DNA of 62,092 nt, the filler included, from Sphacelaria rigidula (Eukaryota): NCBI GenBank assembly GCA_964200075.2. It is 10 parts of 10 records of this genome, joined end to end, with 100 filler letters (N's around TTAATTAATTAA, not from the genome) between each part and the next. Parts side by side here need not be neighbours in the genome. Positions count along the whole stretch, not along the records: positions 1 to 6,120 come from CAXNAA020022098.1; positions 6,221 to 12,340 come from CAXNAA020022099.1; positions 12,441 to 18,560 come from CAXNAA020022100.1; 7 more parts are not named here. One strand, 5' to 3'. A program made the translations under genes and the position numbers. Positions 1-13,329 of the stretch are shown here, one piece after another (positions within the stretch are counted from its first letter, which is position 1; each line of letters starts with the position of its first letter). The notes under the pieces were generated by a model. That model ran no database searches. It was not told the DNA's origin and was given only the letters and a program-made list of their open reading frames with translations.

Positions 1-944
1 ATGGGAAAAACCTCAGTTGTAAATCCTCAGTTTTCCATCAACAGTTCCAAAAGGGTTAAACCACCGGGCAACGATGACTTAACCGTGGATATTCCATGGT
101 TCTTAAGCACCCTGATTCCTGCCCAGTGTTCACCAACAAGCAGCTGTCCATCACGTGTTTCTAGTGCGTGATTCAGGGTCGATATCTGGCATCTTGCGCC
201 CAAGCGAGTAAATAAGAGTTTCAACCAAAAGTCCTTTGGGAATGGGGGGCGACGCTACAAGATTATGACCACGAAGTACGTGAGTCGAGTCCCCACACGT
301 CTTGTATCAGCAGGGATTATAAATATTCGGCATCTTTTGGGGGGCAATAAAACCTGCCTCGAGTATAACTGTGGCTTTTTCTAGATACTTGAGACCTCTA
401 TGCTTGGGGGACTAATCGTGGAGAACGATCCTCAGCATGATTCGTATATCCGTATGTATACACCTTTTTTCCTTGGGTTGCGTATGTCAAAAGAGTGTAC
501 ATGGCTGCGGAGCAAAGCGGTATACTTTGAAAATAATAACCGCGAATGCGATCATGTACGCGACGATACAAAGCAAACCAACGATAATTGCAACAGGGCG
601 ATATAGACAATGACCAAGATATTTTAGTACGCAACGCCGCGAAAGCACAGAAACATTTCACACCCTGGACAGTATATGGTCAATGGATGCAGTAGACGAG
701 AAGTGTACTGCATAAAGTACAGGCCTATTGCAACTATTGCCGGCCGACAAGGTGTTAAATATTTACACGATCGTTTTGCTCCAAAGCGGCTACAGATGGC
801 GCCGCCACGTAAGAATCTCTTTGTTTGGCGTGAGGCTCGACTTCCTACCTCTTCTGTGGGCCACCATACCAACAGCCACTGGATACGTTCTGGTATGAGA
901 TTCATGTTCAGGCGTCACCATATCGTGCTCAAGCTCTGATATTT

Positions 945-1695
945 CGAAAGCGTGACACGTCGGACAGCTCATGAGCTAGCTGCCTAGAAGAATATCACTT
1001 CTTACTTTTGTACTGATCCGGATCATGACACAACAGTAGCTCATTTATCCTGTCTTTCCATATACTTCCTCTGTCCCATAAGTAAAGGTACCTAAATTTG
1101 TACGGGCCCTTGATGATGTCCGATTTTTTTTTTGATGACCTCTACGGGGGGTTTTGGGTTGAGAAAATGTGTTCAAAATTTGCAGCTCGTGCTTGAACCA
1201 TGCCGCCTAACGGCTGCAAAAAAAGTAGTCGGCCTAAAAATGGACGTTTTTTTGCGCCTTTCCGAGGGGAAAAAGAGTGTCATTTTTTTTTTTTAATCGC
1301 CCCCGCCTCACTGGGGCTTGCTGCCAGGAAGTCCCACGCGATTTAAAAAAAAAAAATCGACACTTTTCTTCCCCTCGGAAAGGGGCAAAAAACGGCCATT
1401 TTGGGGCCGACTACTTTTTTTGCAGCCGTTAGGTGGGATGGTTCAAGCAGGAGCTGCATATTTTCAACACATTTTCTCAACCCAAAAAAAACTGTAGAGT
1501 TCATTTTAAAAAAAACGATCGGACATCGTTAAGGGCCCGTACAAATTTAGGTAACTATACGTATGGGACAGAGGAAGATGCTGCCTATACCGCTGGACGC
1601 AGAGCACGGGACTAGCGCTTGCGCAAAAGGTAGCGCTCTAGCTATTTCAGGTAACTGCTATTAGTAATGAGCTGTCCGACCGGTGGAAGCTTTGG
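945..1695. mobile_element. Outer inverted-repeat (MITE-like) element hosting a nested foldback MITE
   Basis: AAAGCGTGACACGTCGGACAGCTCAT (947-972) is an imperfect inverted repeat of ATGAGCTGTCCGACCGGTGGAAGCTTT (1667-1693). Confidence 0.5.
1065..1577. mobile_element. Stowaway/Tc1-mariner-like foldback MITE
   Basis: TA|CTTCCTCTGTCCCATAAGTAAAGGTACCTAAATTTGTACGGGCCC at the left, its near reverse complement ending TATGGGACAGAGGAAG at the right. The two arms pair over most of the length. The TIR resembles the Stowaway CTCCCTCCGTCCC consensus. Confidence 0.85.
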
Positions 1696-1852
1696 GGCTC
1701 AAAACCTTCACTGCTAAGTTCTCAAGAGGTGGCGCTCCCTGTGTTCCTGTACTTTACGTACATAGTGCTTCGTGACTCATACAACGAGAAAAAGGGAAAA
1801 AAAAACTTCCTGCAATCAGTAACCACAAAATGTCCTTGACTGACTGACTGAC

Positions 1853-3815
1853 CTCCGGTAGCAGCGGAGTTCGAGGCGGCGTCGCCGTTCGCGGCACGTT
1901 GCTCTTCTTGACGCGCTGCGAGCCGTTCCGCGGACCGTTCCGGGCCGTAATCCGTGAGGATGGCCTTGATGCGGCGGCGCACTCCTCGGTCCTCCCGCTC
2001 GACCGCCTTTTGTTGATCTGCGTCAGCTCGTTCCTTCAACTGTTGCACATACATGATACATATTAATATACATACACTCTCGTTACGTATGCCAATAGTG
2101 GCGATAGTGCACAAGAAAGATAAACGAAGAATATACGAAGTATGCCAATAGTTGGGATACTGTACTGTATGAGGAAGATAGACGCGAAATACATTATCAT
2201 ATTTTCGTGTCCTACTCTAAACTTACTGCACGGTGTACAAGTACGATTGTGGAATGGTGGGAGCAAAAACAAATACTGTACTGAAAAAAAAAGGGTACTA
2301 TACATTATTAGTACCGTCAACAACGGTTCACTAAACTAACGGGTGAACAATATTACACACATCGACTTTTTATTCGCTGTGATTGTCGATCCCCGTTCAT
2401 CCTTTCCTTCCAGCGCAACCACCGTTCAATCAGATAATCCAACCATGCCACTAAAAAAACTTTATTTTCGCAAACGGGTTCGTAGAACCACGCCCTCCTG
2501 GGCGCTGTGTTTCCATCTTCGTGGGCTTACTATTTTGTTTTTTCCTTTGTATTCTGTCTTTTTGGGCCATACCTTCCGCAACCACAGGTTCTAGATTCTG
2601 GGAAGGGCTAATGTGAGAAACAAAGACAATGACGACGGCGGCGACGACGACGACAACGACAACGATAACAACAACCAACCAACCAACCAACCAACCAACA
2701 TACATATGTGCATACATACATACCAAGACAAAAAAGATAGAGTGAAAGGGGTGGATTCAGCATCTCACGCATAGATCATACGGACAGAGGAACAAGATTT
2801 TCCAGATCACCTAAATTCCCTCCCGCCCATCCCGACAAAAAGCGGTTACGACCACAGCAGGGATGAGGAAGGACACATTTATAGCACGTACCTCAACCTC
2901 AGCGTTATCGTAGGCTTCCTCCAGACTCTCGAGGCGCGTAGACACCTCTTCATACATGTCAGACAGCTGTTCCAGTTTATTCCTCAGATCTTCCTGAAGT
3001 AAGATAAGAGCAAAAGCCACATCCATCGAAATATCATCACATCACCACCACCACCACCACCACCACCACCATGAAATTGATTGATTTGATTGATTGTCGC
3101 ACTTTAGCTGACCCCCCAGGGGTCCAGCCGTGGTCGCAGGATAGACGTACCCAAAAAAATAAAACTGAAACACTCGCTCAAGAAAAGAAGGAACAGAAAA
3201 GAAGGAACAGAACGGCATAGTAGACTGAGAAGACGTGAAAAAAAAAAGGAGAAAAAATCCAACAAAAGCAAAGCACAGAAAGAGATGGCCCAAAACAGCA
3301 GGGACAACAGCAGGGATGCGGGGTCAATGGTCTCATGACTACGGCATGAAAGACCATGAATACCCTCCGCCCCCCCCCCCCCCCCCCCCTACTACTCTCA
3401 TAGACGTTGTGACGCTACAGATACAGTAGTCTGGTGTTTTTCTGGTCTTCGTCTTGTGCTATCTTTCGATTCTCTTCTCTTCTTCGTTCTTGTTTTTGTC
3501 GCTTCTGTTGTTCACGTTCACTGTTGTGTACTCCGTATTTGTTCTATCTCGAGTACCCGCTCGGCGAATGTTCCGTTTCACGTATCTTGCGGTTAAGTAT
3601 ACGGTCTATCTGTCCGTGTTGAATCTGGGTCGTTGTCCACACGTGCCCGGGTGATTCAACATATTCATTGTGGGTATACGATGCCCACCACCCCCTCCTC
3701 TACCAGTCTACTTCACAACCCAACCCTACAGTCAAGTAGTTATCTGCACGTCTATAGTATCATACCTTGTGGCAAACCACGGCTGATTTCGTAGCGGATG
3801 ATAACCTACAACAGC

Positions 3816-3846
<31 letters not shown>

Positions 3847-5744
3847 GGTTGATTGATGTATCATCGCCAGTAGAGTTTACCACTTGAGATGGTGAGAAAT
3901 TTCTCAGATAGTTCGACTTGATTTTAGTGTGAACAGCGAAAATCCTGATATTTAATGGGGCTATGCTCCAAGCGTGCTCCTAGCTTGCGCAGAACGCGTT
4001 TTGGTCGAAATCGGCGCCTGGGGCGCCGATTTTAGGTGTGGCAACGCACCCTTTGCCTATATAACACTCTCCACCCCCTCGCCCGAGGGTTCCCGGTGTG
4101 CCTTCGTTGGGGTTAGGGTTAGGGTTAGGGTTAGAGTTGGTGCCATAGTTTGTTTGAAGTTATGAATTTCCGAGAAATTTCTCACCATCCCAAGTGGTAA
4201 ACTGACATCATCGCACATTAATTGACCGACCCCGAGGGACCCAGCTGTTGGTCATCATCCTTGAGATAGACGAACCCCTCCAAGGTCAACGAAACGGAAC
4301 GTACGACAATCAATCGATCAAATCAAATAAATATCAAGGCAAATATCAACGATCAATTCATCAATCAAATCAAATACGTAAATGTGCAGAACTACTAATA
4401 TTACCGCAAAATCAATTGAAGCATACGCGCAGTGTACCTTGATTGCGGCTACTTCGTTCACCCGCTCCTCGCGCTCCTTCCTCAGCGCTTCGCACGCACG
4501 ATCTAGCGCCGCCCTAACACGCCCCTCGCGCTGGATCAAGCGTGAAGCCGCCTCCTCTGCAAAAGCAAGGCAACGTAGGACACACGAGTGCGACACGGGC
4601 ACACACACGCAGATGCACACACATTTTTCCGTTTGTTTTTTTTCTCCCTCGCCTGCTTTTCTTCTAGTGTCTTTTGCACTTCATACTCCTTCCTTCTTTC
4701 CTTTCTCCCTTTTGTTTGCTTGTTTGATCCCTCAGGTGATGTCAATTTTATATCATCATCCTTTATTGTTCCATCATTCGTCTGGACCCTCGATTTTCTG
4801 CGTACCATACTCGTGATACTCGTAAATGAGCATTTTTTGCCCCTCCTCCTACGGTCACGTTTCATAATGCTAAAAGTCATCGATCACAATTCCACCCGCG
4901 CCCAGAGCATAGATGCGTGCGGATTTCACTCTCGGTACTCCTCACGCACACGGCTGAAGAGGGAGCAGACCCGACAACGGTGACGAAGAAAAAAAAAAAG
5001 GTCGAAGACGGTTTCTAGCGCTTTCTACTGTACACCACCTTGTCTTACAGTATGTCCTAGAACGGGTGTTACACTAATATTGCACCTTTCAGCTGCTGCT
5101 CCACCTTTACCAGCCGGACTTCCAATCGACGTCTCTTAAGCGCCGACATCTCCAACTACTCATTGCGCGGAAGAAGAAAAACAGATACAACAAAAACAGA
5201 TAGATGGACAGAACATACAGATAAGATAGACAGACAGACAGGGCAGGCAGGAAAGAGAGAGGATTCGAGTGAGCCAGGGACAAAGGGAAAAAGGGCTTCA
5301 TGCTCTACTTGATCACGTGTTGTCAAGCAAATGAAAGACCATTGGTAAACATATATCAGGAGAAATAGGCACCATTTCTGCTGTACTGTATTGCACTGTA
5401 CACATACGCAAATACATAAATACATACATACATACAAACAAACATACATACATACATACATACGCACGTACGAGCGTACTTCTTCCAGAAAAAAAAAGTC
5501 TAGAAAAAAATCCTCGCGATTCTCGAATGGTTGAAGGCCTGCCATGTATTCGATGAGCCACTTTTCCCCTTCATAAATACGTCAACAGATGGGGTCTAAA
5601 ATCACGACCCACCTGGAGTTTGCTGGCCTGCTCCTTAAGTCGCCGCTCCTCCTCCTCTATCTCGACCATGTCCGTCGCGCTGCCACCGCTGGTGCCGTTG
5701 GCAGTGCTTCTTGCCGTCGATACAGACCGCGCCCGGTTGGTAAC
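1853..5744 (-). CDS. Partial multi-exon gene for a coiled-coil protein of unknown function; exons 5744-5613, 5155-5086, 4556-4438, 2993-2892, 2039-1853
   Basis: All five exons have AG/GT ends and compatible phases (0,1,0,0). Joined: VTNRARS...EEEERRLKEQASKLQ|LEMSALKRRRLEVRLVKVEQQLK|EEAASRLIQREG...VAAIK|EDLRNKLEQLSDMYEEV...AEVE|LKERADADQQKAVERED... E/R/K/L heptad-rich. Start and stop not found in this contig. Confidence 0.85.
3868..4206. mobile_element. hAT-like MITE with 8-bp TSD carrying internal TTAGGG repeats
   Basis: About 30-bp TIRs AGTTTACCACTTGAGATGGTGAGAAATTTCTC (3874-3905) and GAGAAATTTCTCACCATCCCAAGTGGTAAACT (4172-4203). ATCATCGC is duplicated at 3860-3867 and 4207-4214. (TTAGGG)3 plus TTAGAG at 4113-4136. 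Confidence 0.75.
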
Positions 5745-5818
5745 CTGATCCAATATCGGAGTGATATTTACAGTACTCAGCCCGGGGTACGGCACGAGAC
5801 AAGGTGTTGCAGACACTG

Positions 5819-6010
5819 CGCACACTGGACACTATAAGGTCAATAGATGCAATAACAAAAAAATATACTAGGTTGAGTACACGCCTATTGCAACTATTGC
5901 ACTTCCCGGATAATATATGGTCAATGGACGCAATAGAACTGTACTTTACCAAAAATGTCCGTCTATTGCATCCATTGACCATCTATTGACCGTATGTTGT
6001 CCAGAGTGCA
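5819..6010. mobile_element. MITE of the CACACCCTGGACAA-TIR family
   Basis: CACACTGGACACTATAAGGTCAATAGATGCAATA is inverted relative to ...CTATTGACCGTATGTTGTCCAGAGTG. A related left end lies at 659-745. Confidence 0.65.
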
Positions 6011-7643
6011 ATGAACTGTAGCAAGGGTCGGACAAATCATGATTCGTCTGAGAACTACTTGATTTTAGTATCATGAGTCAACTCGTGACGAATCAATCCC
6101 TAGGCTTTATTTCAGCGTTGNNNNNNNNNNNNNNNNNNNNNNNNNNNNNNNNNNNNNNNNNNNNTTAATTAATTAANNNNNNNNNNNNNNNNNNNNNNNN
6201 NNNNNNNNNNNNNNNNNNNNGATTCATTCACTGATTGGCCGCTTTTCACTCTCAATCGTATCATCTACTCTCAATCTCACGAAAACACTGTTTACTGCTG
6301 ATGTCCAGAGGGCCTCGTATTTTTGACGACTTTGTATTGCACATGTGTGTCTGTATGCAATGCTGCATGCCCCGGAATCTCAAGCACGGGTTTGCATCTC
6401 TGTCGCATCCCGAACCCTTGTGACAGGTGCAGGCAATCATGCAAGCTTTTTGCGTCGCCTTCGGATGAAATGAGCTAGCTAATCCATTTGATTTTGGGCC
6501 TGTGTTGCTTTACTGCCGGGGTCCCGGAACACCAACGGTCGACAGCGCATGCTGCCACATTTTGTGTAAAAGACAGTTTCTCGATGGCAAATGGACAAGT
6601 GGCAAATTGATGACATGTTTACGCCGTAAAAATCAAGTGAAAATATGTTTGACTGCGATAGCACCGACGGTGATCTTCGTGGGTAATCAAGCTTCCATCT
6701 CTCATGCCAACTGCCCTTGCTGCATTCGGAGATCCATGAGCACCCACCGGGTAGGAAGCGAGGCGCATGAGTGTTTCTATGCTTGGCATTTCAATCACAC
6801 CAACGGCATAAGTTGATGTACAGTACGTGGTATTGCACGGCTACTGTCTTCTGTCCCTTGGTCACGCATGTGTCTATATCGGAAAACCAGACGGTTGGCA
6901 TATTTGATATCTGCGCGTCAGTGAAATATGTGTTGCTTGTATATCAAGATACTATTTTGGCTACTCAAACCACATACATGGACAAGATACAATATGGTGT
7001 ACGCAAGGGGACCCGAGGTTTATATTGAGGAGCACTGAGGAGTGTGTCGATCTAGCAGACCACCCAGCGCTGAAGTCGAGGTTTGCTCAAGCGTTGTAGG
7101 CCGCAAAACGGATCCTTATTGTGTTCAATTTGCCAATCTGCCCAATTTGCTTGATAACAAGTGCACGTTCCAGTGTGCAGCAACCGTCGCCGAACTTCAG
7201 TGTCTGATTTTGAACGCCATACTTGTAGTGCATACTTGTGGTGCATGGAACAAAACTCGCCAAGAGGTGTGGTGGAGATGAAATTTACAGTGCTAAAAAT
7301 GGTTTTCGGTGCACTCGAGCTCTGTGTGCTAACGCTGCGCTTGGTCTTCAAATCGCGCCACAAGATATCGCGTTCTCCCCTGCCCGCTATTCTTCCTTCA
7401 TCCAACACCGGTACGGAGTGGCCGATCTACTTTTGACCTGGAACCATAGCCGAGCGGTCAGCGAGCGCCGTTGTTTGTAGATTAGGCCTAAAAACTGAGC
7501 GAGCCGTGCCTTGTTGAAGAAACACCTCGGCAATGAAGAAAAGTGACTGATTATCCATCGCATACACCGAAAATGCGTGCGAGCAGGCGGGAGAAGATAA
7601 AGCCGGGCCCAGAATAAATACCACGCCGCCACACAGATCACAC

Positions 7644-10600
7644 ATGGCTACTACGTCAACCACGCGGGCAGACCACGCTGAGCAACTCGGGGAGCCGCTG
7701 GCGGTTGAGCCAGAGTCTCCAGGAGGGGCACCTGTGGCGGAGTGCACTGAAAATCGAAGCACGTCGGGCAGTGCTAGCACGTCTTCGAGCGCAGGAGCCG
7801 GCAGATGTGGCAACGTCGTTTCTCGTGCTCCTGGTAGTGCATCCACGAGATCACTCTCGACGTCCTCAACAGCCAGCAGTGCTACCAGTTCACCCAGTGG
7901 TCCTGTATCTCGATTGGACGAAAGGGACGAGAGAAGGCTTGTACGCCAGGAAGCTGAGCCCACCCCTGCCACAGTGCCCGACCCTGCTGACTTGAAGAGG
8001 GGCACGTGCGAGGTGCGGTTCGCGTGCGGCATCTTGTGTTCATTTATTCCGGATGACAATCAGATGAAGAGGTGGTCCAACGTCTGTTATCATAGTTCGG
8101 ATGTGCATGTGGATTTATTTTTGCTAATTACTGAGCACGGGTGATATCGGTATCAGGGGCTGATCGGTCACCAAAAATCAGTCCTAACGACAAGGAGAAC
8201 AGATGTTGTTATTTTTTTTCAATGCTATTCCGAAAAACAAAGCACGCTTGATTAGCTTACAGGAAGCCTGGAAATCTTATTTTGAGTAGATCTACGCTCT
8301 GGCTTGGACCTATCTATCTAAATACCGAAGGTGCAGGCACCTCTGTACCACTTTGTTTTTTAGATTTAATTTGGCCCATGTTGGATACATGTTGATCCCT
8401 CTGCGGTGGTGTACCTGAAAAATTACACGTTGTGTTTTCAACCGCGCTTTTTTGTTGGGTGCGGAACGTGTCGAGTGTCAACGACCTGTGTACAGGGAAT
8501 CAGCTAGCAGAGAGCACCACGCAACGAAGCACCGCAAGCACGAGAGAGCAAGAGATGCTTCGTTGTGGTGATGGACATGTATGTCATGATGAATACGTCT
8601 GCCATTCGCCGAAAAATGGAGATGCCTAAAGTGGGAACATGCGTGAACACACTATTTTCAAGTGATACGCTTCTGCAGTGCTTTTGGTCATCTTGGCGCT
8701 GTCCCCTATTTCCTCGTGGATACGCGTTTTCCCATGCTGTACGGTGTGTAGGGTCTGTAAAATGATCGGGATCTGTATGTTTGAGTAATTGAGTGAGAGG
8801 ACCTGGATAAATAAAACTGCCGTCTCAGCTTCGTCCATGAAATCAAGAGCATCTCAAAGTGCTTCCATCCTTGTGGAGTGGATGTTGGGCCGTGCTATAT
8901 ATACACCACCGTAGGCCACCCAACCATTTTCGCACCGCGCCGCATGAAATTTGTCATGCTGTGCCAAAGCTCAGAGCCATAGTGTGCCTGCCGAAGCATG
9001 TATTTAGTGCCTGTGTTTTTGTTCAATTTTGAGGGGCTGTGGCTCGTGGTAGCCTGAAACGTAACGTATGACGTGAGGCATGTACCCTACTGTTTTCCCC
9101 TCACAGATGGGTTTTGTTGATATTCACGTTTGTGTTGATGCTTTGTACTGTTACTGGTTTATCATCGCGAAGTATGAGCACGTCGCTGCTTCTATGGCAA
9201 CGAAGGCCACCCCATAAAGGACACGCGACGTTCCATGACATGAGTGATGGTGCCATGTCAACGGTTTTGGTCTGCAAGAGTTATAGAAGTTTTTTTGTAA
9301 ATCTCCACAAACTATCCCACAACGTGCGTGGACGTTTTTTTATTCTGTGCGTGTGTGAGATAACCTCGACCGGGTTAAATTTGACATTGCTGTTTGAAAC
9401 TTCACGTTAGGGTTGAAGGAGAAATAAGAAAGAACTCAGAGATTGGTTTTCAACCGTTGATGAATGACAAGCCTTGATACCCTGATACACTCGCCAACTG
9501 TCAGGTCTGGCAGCAGAATGTTCAGAAGCACGCTCGTTGCGCTGACATGTTCACCGGTGCGTTATGTCCTCAACACGCGCCGTTGTCGATTTTTTCGAGG
9601 GCCGAACACATGCAATGTTACGAGGTCGATTCCCTTGTGCCTGATCTCCTGTGGGTCATGTTGCTTGGCTTGATGTTTCAGTGGCCACATTGCGACAAGG
9701 AGCCCCACTACGCTCTCAGAGGGCAACGCGCACGTACCTGCTACGTGCACAAGCAGGAGGATTGGGTGCATGTGAGCCGACGACGTTGCGACAGCGATGG
9801 CTGCGCTCGAGGAGCGTATTTCGGCCTCGAAGGGTCTACAGCGCTCTTCTGCTCTGCCCACAGGTACAGGTGCTTTGGAGTGTCATCTACACCCATGCAG
9901 TCTCGGCAGCGCTCAAGCCCGAATACCATATCCAGCAGTTCCGCCGCAGTCGGTACTGTTATGGGGGTGATCGGGGCCCGATTTTGGGCACTATATACCG
10001 GGAAAATGGACCGACCAACTACAGTCAGTTGAATGCAGAAGAAATGAAACCTAAATGAGCCAACCAGTATCAATCGCAAGTACACTCGTCACTCGAAATG
10101 ACGACGGCGCTCATACAAAATGTACCATTGTGTACATTCTACTACACACCTATGACCAACCTTGATGTACAACTGTACACAGGGTTACAACAACAGGAGG
10201 ATAGAAGCTGCTGCCCGTGTTGTTGCTGTGCCCCTCTTGTTGCAGTATGTTGTCGTGCTTGTCTTTCAACTCAAATTTCTCGGCAACGAAGCAGAGGATT
10301 GGACTGCGGTTTGATGCGTGCGCTCCCCACACACCAGAACCAATCAGTGTGGCGGCGGATTTCCGTAACGCGTGTCGCGGAGCTCGCAGCACTTCGCAAA
10401 CCGCCAAAATGTACTCGAGAACGCGTTTTCTTCGACGTTCCGGGGCTTTTCGGATCCGCTGTGACGAATTGAGCAAATCTGCCGCCACACTAAATGAATC
10501 TAGTGTGTGTGCGGGGGGCTGTCAAGTGCCACAAGCCGGTTTGCTTCCTGTCTCGAGAAATATGCGATGAAATAATTAAAGCTGTCGCATACCACACATA

Positions 10601-11644
10601 TATAGCTTAGGATGGAGCGTGTGTTCTGTTTGGCAGAGGTTTGGCATGGGTCCGACCAGTCGATGACGTCTTCAATACGCGTGTTCAATATCCCTCCGCC
10701 TTCATTTTTTTTCTTGACAACGGATTTTTGGTCGGTAAGGCCTTCATTCACGGGCATAACTAAGCAAGCAAAGAAATATCAGAATATCCTCAGGTCCTTG
10801 ATCGTCATGAGCATATGCATATACGTGCACTGTGTACAGTAGGGTACACGCTGTCACTTTGCTGCGAACGAGCCTGCTCTACGGAGGCATCGATTCGTCT
10901 TGGAGTGTGCGGGTGGTAATTTATAATTTGCAATTTGGTCAAACCGACTGCTCTGGCTTGGTTCCCTGACTGGATCGCCAGGACTTCAGCGATGCAGGAC
11001 GTCGTGAATCTACGGCGATACCGTTGCGATGAGGATGGTTGTGACCGGCAGGCATACTACAACTACCCTGGCGTGAGCGGTGCTAAGGCGAAATTCTGCT
11101 CAACCCATAAGCTGCCCACCATGATAAACGTGCGCCACCGTCTGTGCGAAAAAGAGGGATGCGGCAAGACCCCCACCTACTCCGTACAAGGCAGCAGACC
11201 GAGGTATCAGTCATGTCACGTCCATCGACCTTGCCTAGTTTGCTTTGTTCGTATCTGGCAGCATGTACTATGCGATCAAGGGCGCTCACCGCATGGTAAC
11301 GTGTACAGGGCAGAAGGTCGTGTTGGTGTTTAATTTAAGGCTCGCCGCTGAGGACTGTCTGCCATGCTGTCAGGTGTGAACAAGCTTGCAGCAGTATCTC
11401 GACGCGCAGAACCGTTCTGACTTTTCTCCTGTATCTTGTGATGTACAGGTTTTGTGCTTCACACAAGGAGCCCGGGATGGTGGACACCAAATCGAAGATG
11501 TGCGCATTCATGGAGCCAGGCGGGGCCAATTGTACACGGTGTCGCCTGTACGGCGATCCAGATGGGAAGGCCACGTTTTGTCTCGTACACAAGAAAGAAG
11601 GCATGGTCAACATTCGCCAGGCCAGAAAACGAAAGAGATCATAG
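7644..11644 (+). CDS. EsV-1-7 cysteine-rich repeat protein, 322 aa, 4 exons (7644-8012, 9682-9863, 10982-11203, 11449-11644)
   Basis: GT-AG introns with phases 0,2,2 give 969 nt from ATG to TAG. A Ser/Thr/Ala-rich N-terminus is followed by five C-x4-C...(F/T)C-x2-H(K/R)...(M/W)V repeats (CEWPHCDKEPHY, CDSDGCARGAYF, CDEDGCDRQAYY, CEKEGCGKTPTY, and an expanded CAFMEPGGANC). The basic C-terminus RKRKRS is NLS-like. Confidence 0.92.
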
Positions 11645-12728
11645 TGTTTGCCGGACCAGTTACTTCCACTCGTGTTGCTTCATGTATTGAATCGGTCTGT
11701 TGATTTCTCGGCAACTTTTGCGAGTATTTCTCAACAGCTTGTAAGCACCATGGTGAGGGTGAGAGGGTGAGTGCTAACCATCAGGAGCACTGTGTTAAAA
11801 TGGCAGCAAGGGACATTGATGTTGACGTGTACATCTGTGTTGTCAGATGCTACATGCAAACTAGCTAGACTTGACGAGCCCGTGGGGAAAGCATGAAACA
11901 TGCGATTGGTATTTGTTTTCACCCGACGAGTAGTAGGTTCGGCAGGCGGCAATATAGTGGAGAATCTCAAACCCTCGTCTCCTCACCACATGTCATTTTT
12001 GTGAGAGCCTTGGGTGGTTCATGCACATGAATATTTTGTGTAACTGGCATTCAACTTTTACGGCGTCGGTGTTTTTGTATCGATTTAGCTTTGAAAATAT
12101 AGAGTAGAAATATAGACGATCAACTATCCCCTTTAATAGTATTTTTGCAAACTACAGTGGAAGCAACAGGATTCTGCGGAAAATGTAAAACGTTGAGTGC
12201 AACCTTGGCGTCACAACTCAATTATACCACCTCTCGAGCTGGCTGGTGGGGGGGGGGGGGGGGGTGCCCGCCTCCCCCCCCCGGAGTTTCTATCGGGAAA
12301 AAATAAATTCTAAAACCCCCCCGCCCGCAGGCGGGCTGGANNNNNNNNNNNNNNNNNNNNNNNNNNNNNNNNNNNNNNNNNNNNTTAATTAATTAANNNN
12401 NNNNNNNNNNNNNNNNNNNNNNNNNNNNNNNNNNNNNNNNTAGGAACGGTGCTCCGTCTCGAAAGGGATGCGTGGTCAATGGTCGGACGACTAAGGCAAG
12501 CAACACATGAAAACGCCCCTTATCGTAGGATAACTCCTCGTGTTTCTGATATTCCCACGAAATCATTCGCGAAGATCAATCCCGATACCATATCTTCCCC
12601 CACCGTGGCTCCTTGTTTTTCTGCCCCTACTGCTACTGTCATGCCTTTAATAAATACCTTGAATAGGGTGGGTGATAACCTTTATCCTCATGTAAGTTGT
12701 CATAAACTATCTACATATTTCGATACTT

Positions 12729-13320
12729 CTTCCTCTGCGCCATAAGTAAAGTTCGTTATGGGGGGCAGGTCGTATATCGCCAACGGAGTTGCCCACGATG
12801 CACTTGTTTGGTTTTCTGAAAAGCTGTTGATGTGCTGATGCTCGCTAAAAAAACAATCTGAGCCGCAATCACTGATAATTGGTGGGTCGAAACATGGCCA
12901 AATTCGACCAAATTCGACCAAATTCGACCACTTTCGGCAAACTTTCGACCTTTTCTGCCTGTTTTGTAATCAAATGGAGGCAGCTCTGTGACCAAGTGGT
13001 TTTGGACGAGGCGTGGGTATCGTACAAAGCTGTTGAATCGGAGGCAGGTGGTCATTTCGACGTTTTTTCGCGATTTTTGGAGTTTCGGGGGCTTTCCAAT
13101 GTCCGTCGCTGTTTTTCAGAAACGGACAAAACTCAGCCTTCTTTGGGCCAACTGATTTTTTTCGGCCGTTGATGCATGCATAAAGGTGCGCGCAGAAAAT
13201 ATATATTTTTTGAATTTGAATAAAAGAACACAGAAGATTTCGAGAAAATTGTCAACTTTTGCATCGGTGACGGTTGAGGGTCTGTGTAGTCATAACGACC
13301 GTTACTTTCGGCACATAGGA
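12729..13320. mobile_element. Stowaway/mariner-like MITE, second family
   Basis: Left end CTTCCTCTGCGCCATAAGTAAAGTTCGTTATG, right end CATAACGACCGTTACTTTCGGCACATAGGA. The right half is homologous to 50356-50583, which ends GGCACAGAGGAAG|TA. Internal (AATTCGACCA)3. Confidence 0.7.
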
Positions 13321-13329
13321 TTTTTTTTT

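Noticed and set aside
6165..6176. TTAATTAATTAA recurring at a regular 6.2-kb period
   Set aside because: Assembly linker embedded in Ns, not biological.
7427..8059. 210-aa minus-strand ORF
   Set aside because: It is the antisense shadow of GC-rich exon 1 of the EsV-1-7 gene.
7644..11644. Endogenous phaeovirus insertion
   Set aside because: The gene has long spliceosomal introns, and no other viral hallmark genes or gene-dense region are present.
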